Shown here: in pieces, positions 58,229 through 64,000 of the stretch
Layout: each line of letters opens with the position of its first letter
Numbering within the stretch: position 1 is the first letter of the stretch
Assembly (NCBI GenBank): GCA_022511045.1
Contig: JAFLSF010000001.1
Span: 16,913 to 80,912 of the forward strand
Length of the DNA stretch: 64,000 nt
Source: Prevotella sp.
GTDB taxonomy: Bacteria; Bacteroidota; Bacteroidia; Bacteroidales; Bacteroidaceae
Direction of reading: 5' to 3'
Notes under the pieces: model-generated
Database searches by the model: none
The model's input: only the letters and a program-made list of their open reading frames with translations
Told to the model about the DNA's origin: nothing
Position numbers and translations under genes: made by a program

Positions 58229-59515
58229 ATGAAACCGAAAATATTGCTTCTATTATTATCTATCGCTGCATTTCTACCCCTTGTTGTTCGGGCACAGACG
58301 CTTGACGAGTGTCGGCATTTAGCAAGGAAACACTATCCCGAGATTCGTCAGTATGACCTTATTGATCGGACAGAGCAGTTTACCTTGTCGAATGTCGCTC
58401 GCACATGGGTTCCGCAGGTGCTGATGTCAGCACAAGCGACTTACCAGTCAGTAACGTCTACCTATCCAGATGTGCTTGCGAATATGCTTACGGGGCAAGG
58501 TTTCGAGATGGCGGGCTTGCGCAAAGAACAATACAAGGTTGGCTTTGATGTAAATCAGAACATCTGGGATGGCGGGCAGTCGCAGGCCAGTCGTATAGAA
58601 ACTCGGGCTAAGGCTGTTGAGCAACGGTGGGCGGTTGATGTTGATATGTACGCTATAGAAGAACGTGTCGATGATATTTATTTTGGTATTCTTCTTTTGG
58701 ACGAGCGCATAGCGCAGACCGAAGCTCAAATAGGTTTGTTGCAGAGTTGTTTTGACAAAATGAGTACTTACTATCGTAACGGAGTGGCGACGCAAGCCGA
58801 TGCCGACGCTGTGGAGGCGGAACTGCTAACTGCCCGTCAGGCGTTGCAACAAGCACAAGCGGAACGGTCGAACTTCCGCCGTATGCTGGAACTATTTATT
58901 GGTTGTCCGCTGAATAATGATAAACTGGCAAAGCCAGAAATGCACGAATTACAGAGTCACATATCTGCGCATCCCAAATTGGGATTGTTTAATGCCCAAC
59001 TTGACTTGTTAGGAGCTCGCGAAAAATCGGTGACATCGTCCGTAATGCCGCGCTTCAACGCCTTTGCACAGGGATTTTACGGCTACCCAGGATTAGATAT
59101 GTTTAAGAGTATGATGTCATCGGACTGGACACTGAACGGTATTGTTGGGGTACGTATGTCGTGGAATATCGGAGCGTTTTGGACAAAAAAGAATTCATTG
59201 CAGACCCTTCGCACCGCTCGTGAGCAGATTTTAGTGCAGCGGGATATTTTCCTTTTCAATACGCAATTGAGTACTACACAAGAGGAGGGTGAGATTATCC
59301 GTTTGCGTAATATTATTGCTAACGACCTGCGTATTGTTGAGTTGCGCCGTTCGGTACGCATGGCAGCCGAATCGCAGTTATCCAATGGAGTAATAGATAC
59401 CACAGACCTGTTACGAAAAATTACTGATGAGACGACTGCTGTGCTGAGTAAAAATACGCACGAAATAGAGCTGCTACAGTCGGTATACAAATTAAAACAC
59501 ATATTGAATCAATGA
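58229..59515 (+). CDS. TolC family outer membrane efflux protein
   Basis: Signal peptide, TLDEC..ARKHYP, QNIWDGG and coiled-coil repeats; TACTTTTG box at 58198. Confidence 0.85.
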   Translation: MKPKILLLLLSIAAFLPLVVRAQTLDECRHLARKHYPEIRQYDLIDRTEQFTLSNVARTWVPQVLMSAQATYQSVTSTYPDVLANMLTGQGFEMAGLRKEQYKVGFDVNQNIWDGGQSQASRIETRAKAVEQRWAVDVDMYAIEERVDDIYFGILLLDERIAQTEAQIGLLQSCFDKMSTYYRNGVATQADADAVEAELLTARQALQQAQAERSNFRRMLELFIGCPLNNDKLAKPEMHELQSHISAHPKLGLFNAQLDLLGAREKSVTSSVMPRFNAFAQGFYGYPGLDMFKSMMSSDWTLNGIVGVRMSWNIGAFWTKKNSLQTLRTAREQILVQRDIFLFNTQLSTTQEEGEIIRLRNIIANDLRIVELRRSVRMAAESQLSNGVIDTTDLLRKITDETTAVLSKNTHEIELLQSVYKLKHILNQ

Positions 59516-60414
59516 AACAAGCAAATATGAAACGGATATTTATTTTTGCTGCGGCTGTTGTCGGATTGGTTGCATGTGGCGAAAATAACAATTATGATGC
59601 CTCCGGTGCATTTGAGGCAACGGAAATTACAGTGTCGGCAGAGGCAACAGGGCGAATACTTACATTAAGTGTCGAGGAGGGTATGCCTGTTGTTCTGGGT
59701 CAGAAAGTCGGAGCCATAGACAGTCTGCAACTGGATTTGCAACGACAGCAACTCAAGGCTCAGCAGACAGCGCTTTTAAAGAGCCGCCCAGATGTCCAGA
59801 TACAAGTGGCGTCTTTGCGCGAGCAGATTGCCAAGCAGCAGCTGGAACTGCAAAGGATAAACAATATGCTGAAAGATGGTGCAGCCACACAGAAACAAGC
59901 AGACGACCTCAAGGCGGAAATCCGTATTATGGAACGTCAGTTAACGTCAACGCTCTCAACGCTCGGCAACAACACAGCCTCCATTAACGAAAATGCTGTT
60001 GCACTGGATGCTCAGATTGCTGCATTGGACGACCGTATTGTCAAATGTCGCATAACGTCGCCTGTCTCTGGTACGGTATTGGTAAAGTATGCAATGGCGG
60101 GCGAAGTGACCTCTGTCGGAAAACCATTGTTCAAGGTTGCTGACCTCGATAACATCTGTCTGCGCGCTTACTTCACCTCCGATCAGTTAGCAAATCTTCA
60201 ACTTGGTGACACAGTTACGGTTACGGCGGACTTCGGAGGTAATGAACGCTATGATTACAAAGGACGCATTGCGTGGATTGCTTCTGAAAGTGAGTTTACT
60301 CCAAAGACTATTCAAACCCGTAATTCGCGCGCAAATTTAGTCTATGCCGTCAAGATTGCGGTTAAAAATGACGGTAGGCTGAAAATAGGGCTTTATGGCG
60401 AGGTTAAGCTATGA
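59512..60414 (+). CDS. HlyD-family membrane fusion lipoprotein (YbhG-like)
   Basis: Lipobox LVAC, GAFEATE and SEFTPKTIQT. Confidence 0.88.
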   Translation: MKQANMKRIFIFAAAVVGLVACGENNNYDASGAFEATEITVSAEATGRILTLSVEEGMPVVLGQKVGAIDSLQLDLQRQQLKAQQTALLKSRPDVQIQVASLREQIAKQQLELQRINNMLKDGAATQKQADDLKAEIRIMERQLTSTLSTLGNNTASINENAVALDAQIAALDDRIVKCRITSPVSGTVLVKYAMAGEVTSVGKPLFKVADLDNICLRAYFTSDQLANLQLGDTVTVTADFGGNERYDYKGRIAWIASESEFTPKTIQTRNSRANLVYAVKIAVKNDGRLKIGLYGEVKL

Positions 60415-61316
60415 ACATTATCGAAATAAACAGTCTGTCGAAAAGTTACGGTAAGGTACGGGCACTGGATACTGTTACGCTTACGGTAGCACGCGGCGAA
60501 TTGTTTGGACTGATAGGTCCAGACGGAGCAGGCAAGACGACACTATTTCGACTGCTAACAACTCTTATTTGTCCAGACAGCGGTACTGCGATGGTTGAAG
60601 GACTGGATATTGTGCGAGACTATCGTATCATCCGCGAAAGAGTGGGTTATATGCCTGGACGATTTTCGCTTTATCCCGATTTAACGGTTGAGGAGAATCT
60701 TAACTTTTTCGCCGCATTATTCGGTACGCGAGTTGAAGAATCCTACGACCTCGTTGCTCCGATTTATCGGCAAATAGAGCCGTTCAAAACTCGCCGCGCG
60801 GGCAAACTGTCTGGTGGTATGAAACAAAAACTCGCTTTGTCGTGTGCTTTGATACATCATCCGTCGGTGCTATTCCTTGACGAACCGACAACGGGAGTTG
60901 ATGCAGTTTCGCGCGGCGAGTTCTGGGATATGCTTGTCGAATTGAAAGACAAGGGTATCACTATGCTTGTATCAACTCCTTATATGGACGAGGCACAGCG
61001 TTGCGACCGCATAGCACTGTGTAACGAGGGGCGCATTATGACTATTGACACTCCATCGGAGATTATTGCGGGCTTCCGCGACGAACTCTATGCCATTACT
61101 GCCGACAATATGTATTTACTATTGCAGGCTACAAGGAAAGTTAAAGGCGTAGCCGAATGTTATCCCTTTGGGGACACGCACCACCTTGTTGCTGATGCAG
61201 GTTTTGATGCAGACAGGTTTGTTGCCGATATGCGCGCTCAGATGATTAAGAATGTAAAGATAGAACGGTGTAGTCCGACAATCGAAGATGTGTTTATCAA
61301 ACTGATGCAACGATGA
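60411..61316 (+). CDS. ABC transporter ATP-binding protein
   Basis: GPDGAGKTT, LSGGMKQK and LDEPTTGVD. Confidence 0.92.
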   Translation: MNIIEINSLSKSYGKVRALDTVTLTVARGELFGLIGPDGAGKTTLFRLLTTLICPDSGTAMVEGLDIVRDYRIIRERVGYMPGRFSLYPDLTVEENLNFFAALFGTRVEESYDLVAPIYRQIEPFKTRRAGKLSGGMKQKLALSCALIHHPSVLFLDEPTTGVDAVSRGEFWDMLVELKDKGITMLVSTPYMDEAQRCDRIALCNEGRIMTIDTPSEIIAGFRDELYAITADNMYLLLQATRKVKGVAECYPFGDTHHLVADAGFDADRFVADMRAQMIKNVKIERCSPTIEDVFIKLMQR

Positions 61317-62053
61317 AAGAATGTGTCATATCTGTCCGCGACTTGACCAAGCGTTTTGGCGATTTTATCGCTGTCAATAGCATTACGTTTGATGTACATA
61401 AGGGAGAGATTTTCGGCTTTCTCGGAGCCAACGGTGCAGGCAAAACAACCGCAATGCGAATGTTATGTGGATTGAGTTTTCCTACATCAGGTAGTGGCTT
61501 AGTCGCAGGCTTCGATATTATGCGTGAGAGTGAGAAGATAAAACATCGCATTGGATATATGAGTCAACGTTTTTCGCTCTATGATGATTTGACGGTAATG
61601 GAAAATATCCGCCTTTTTGCAGGCATCTACAAACTAACGCCATATCGCACACGCCGTCGAACTGTCGAACTGCTGTCACGTCTCGACTTCCGTAACGAAC
61701 GCAATACGTTGGTCAGGGCATTGCCGTTAGGATGGAAACAGAAACTCGCTTTCTCAATTGCTACGTTGCATCATCCCGAGATTGTCTTTCTGGATGAGCC
61801 GACAGGCGGTGTAGATCCCATAACGCGCCGCCAGTTCTGGGAGTTAATATACGAAGCCGCCGAACGTGGTACAACCATATTTGTCACAACACACTATATG
61901 GACGAGGCAGAGTATTGCTCGCGTATCTCGATTATGGTTGATGGCGAAGTCCGCGCCCTTGATACGCCTGCTGCCCTTAAACGACAATTTTCTGCTGGGT
62001 CGATGGACGAAGTATTCCGGACGCTCGCACGGGGTGCAAAACGATCTGAATAG
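61313..62053 (+). CDS. ABC transporter ATP-binding protein
   Basis: GANGAGKTT, LPLGWKQK and LDEPTGGVD. Confidence 0.92.
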   Translation: MKECVISVRDLTKRFGDFIAVNSITFDVHKGEIFGFLGANGAGKTTAMRMLCGLSFPTSGSGLVAGFDIMRESEKIKHRIGYMSQRFSLYDDLTVMENIRLFAGIYKLTPYRTRRRTVELLSRLDFRNERNTLVRALPLGWKQKLAFSIATLHHPEIVFLDEPTGGVDPITRRQFWELIYEAAERGTTIFVTTHYMDEAEYCSRISIMVDGEVRALDTPAALKRQFSAGSMDEVFRTLARGAKRSE

Positions 62054-62055
62054 AT

Positions 62056-63150
62056 ATGAAGACTAATTTTCTGCAATTTGTACATAAGGAGTTCCTACAC
62101 ATTCTGCGTGACAAGCGAACGCTGCTAATAGTGCTGTTGCAGCCTGCTGTAATGCTGTTGCTGTTCGGCTTTGCAATATCGACGGAAGTGAATGACATCC
62201 GAGTGGCGGTCGTTTCTCCAAAAATAACCGACGGAGTAACGGATGCGGTTAATCGCATAGCGAACAACCCCAACTTTATTTTTTACGGTTATATCTCCCA
62301 AAACGAGATAGACGAAGTGTTACGCCGTAGCGATGTTATGGTAGTAGTAATCTTTGCTGCCGATTACGATATGCGCATGATACAAGCCGCCGATGGGCAA
62401 CAAACGTCTCCACCCGTACAGATTGTTGTTGATGCCTCGAATACTAATATAGCAAGTTCGGCATCGGTCTATTTGCAAAACATTCTGTTCGATAAGGCAT
62501 CAGTGCAGTCAATGTTCGAGACACGCTTGCTTTATAATCCGCAGATGAGGAGTGCATATAACTTTGTACCAGGAATAATGGGCGTTATCTTTATTCTTGT
62601 CTGTGCGATGATGACCTCAGTGTCTATTGTGCGTGAGAAAGAGGTTGGAACGATGGAGGTGCTGCTCGTATCGCCAGTACGTCCAATGAGAATCATAGTC
62701 GCCAAGATGATTCCCTACTTCGTTATTTCCTGTGTTACGCTTGCCGTTATTCTGCTGCTTTCGTTCTATGTACTTGATGTACCGATGAGTGGCGGCATTG
62801 GAGGTATTGTCGGTTTGTCAATGCTCTACCTCACGTTGGCGTTAGCGTTTGGACTGCTTATCTCCACTTTTGCGCACACACAAGTTGCCGCGTGGTTAGT
62901 CTCTGCAGTGGTGATGTTGATGCCGATGATAATGTTGTCGGGTATGTTGTTCCCTATTGAAAACTTGCCGCTGGTACTGCAAGGTATTTCGTGCATCGTA
63001 CCTGCACGCTGGTATATCTCCGCCATACGCAAGATGATGATTGAGGGACTGCCATTTAGTGCTGTACTGAATGAGTGTGCCGTATTGTGCGTAATGCTTA
63101 TTACACTGGTTGGCGTATCATTCAAGAAGTTTAACGACAGACTTGAATAA
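62056..63150 (+). CDS. ABC-2 transporter permease (YbhS-like)
   Basis: KEFLHILRD, YNP..FVPG and VREKEVGTME. Confidence 0.9.
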   Translation: MKTNFLQFVHKEFLHILRDKRTLLIVLLQPAVMLLLFGFAISTEVNDIRVAVVSPKITDGVTDAVNRIANNPNFIFYGYISQNEIDEVLRRSDVMVVVIFAADYDMRMIQAADGQQTSPPVQIVVDASNTNIASSASVYLQNILFDKASVQSMFETRLLYNPQMRSAYNFVPGIMGVIFILVCAMMTSVSIVREKEVGTMEVLLVSPVRPMRIIVAKMIPYFVISCVTLAVILLLSFYVLDVPMSGGIGGIVGLSMLYLTLALAFGLLISTFAHTQVAAWLVSAVVMLMPMIMLSGMLFPIENLPLVLQGISCIVPARWYISAIRKMMIEGLPFSAVLNECAVLCVMLITLVGVSFKKFNDRLE

Positions 63151-63156
63151 TAGCTT

Positions 63157-64000
63157 ATGCGTACACTTCTAATACTTATACAAAAGGAGTTCTTGCAGAT
63201 ACGACGCAACTCATTCCTACCACGTCTCATTATCGCCTTCCCAATCATGATAATGCTCGTTATGCCTTGGATAACGACGATGGATGTTCGCCACGTTGGT
63301 GTTGTTGTTACTGACAGCGACCACTCGACCGTATCGCGCCGCATAATCTCGCATATCGGAGCGACAGACTGGTTTACGCTCCACGATGTAGTTCCCGACT
63401 ATGTGACAGCTTTACGACAACTTGAGCAAGGAGATGTTGATGTCATCATAGAGATTCCGCAACACTTTGAGCGTGATATGACACTTGCCCAACCTAAGTC
63501 TATAAGTATATCAGCAAACTCTGTAAATGCAACTAAGGGCTCGTTGGGCATGCAATATGTCTTGCAAACTGTTGCCAGAACACTCAACGAGGTACGGATA
63601 GAGCAAGGCATTGGAGCATCAGTCGCAGAGTTGGCGGTAGTCCAGAATCGTTATAATCCGACTTTGAACTATCGACACTATATGATTCCCGCACTGATGA
63701 TAATGCTTCTCATACTGATATGCTGTTTCTTGCCTGCGCTCAATATTGTCGGTGAAAAGGAAACAGGAACAATCGAGCAGATAAACGTAACGCCGTTAGA
63801 CAAGTTCACATTCACACTCGGCAAGTTGATTCCATATTGGATTATCGGTTTCTTTGTGCTTACCATTGCGATATTTGTTGCATGGGCGGTTTATGACTTG
63901 TGGCCAATAGGGGCGCTTGGCGCAATCTATCTCGCAGCAATGTTGTTTATCTTCACGATGTCGGGATTTGGCATTGTGTTGGCTAACATTTCGGACACCA
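63157..64000 (+). CDS. ABC-2 transporter permease (YbhR-like), runs off the window
   Basis: Read from the sequence: MRTLLILIQKEFLQIRRN...RYNPTLNY..MIPA...EKETGTIEQ. No stop before 64000, so it is absent from the ORF track. Confidence 0.85.
   Translation, partial: MRTLLILIQKEFLQIRRNSFLPRLIIAFPIMIMLVMPWITTMDVRHVGVVVTDSDHSTVSRRIISHIGATDWFTLHDVVPDYVTALRQLEQGDVDVIIEIPQHFERDMTLAQPKSISISANSVNATKGSLGMQYVLQTVARTLNEVRIEQGIGASVAELAVVQNRYNPTLNYRHYMIPALMIMLLILICCFLPALNIVGEKETGTIEQINVTPLDKFTFTLGKLIPYWIIGFFVLTIAIFVAWAVYDLWPIGALGAIYLAAMLFIFTMSGFGIVLANISDT

Noticed and set aside
58229..64000. TolC-HlyD-ABC operon as a novel system
   Set aside because: Standard YbhGFSR-like exporter arrangement common in Bacteroidales.

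Overview
A 64 kb chromosomal window from a Bacteroidales bacterium, very likely Prevotella-like: TAnnTTTG promoters, type IX secretion genes and Prevotella-type C-terminal sorting tails. The core genes are fucP-like, yfhO, alkD/UDG, tamA/tamB, rluA, fabG, tetR, tRNA-fMet, a RecD-like helicase, ribH, dxs-trkA-trkH, etfB-etfA-acyl-CoA dehydrogenase, topB, porE-like, cmk, porQ, tonB, a polyprenyl synthase and tatD. Accessory modules interrupt them: a deleted arsenic cluster (acr3 plus arsP and SDR fragments), a four-gene type V pilus-like locus after the tRNA, an lplA-gcvTHPaPb-lpd operon, a T9SS cargo gene with a small MKKxYxxP peptide, three secreted pectate lyases and a TolC-HlyD-ABC exporter. 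No integrase, transposase or CRISPR-cas was seen. The strongest unexplained signal is non-coding. Four intergenic arrays (5502-5615, 16677-16832, 41649-41993, 57920-58000) consist of 4-nt half-sites separated by 7-nt spacers in an 11/22-bp register. Their shared unit is YGAG-N7-CTCR, with the TATAGGC core found in both orientations, and each array lies at the edge of an apparently accessory module. Other non-coding signals are a nested palindrome with a perfect 40-bp A/T-only core upstream of the pilus locus, a duplicated hairpin-promoter module and a structured 5' leader. All family assignments were made by eye; no searches were run.
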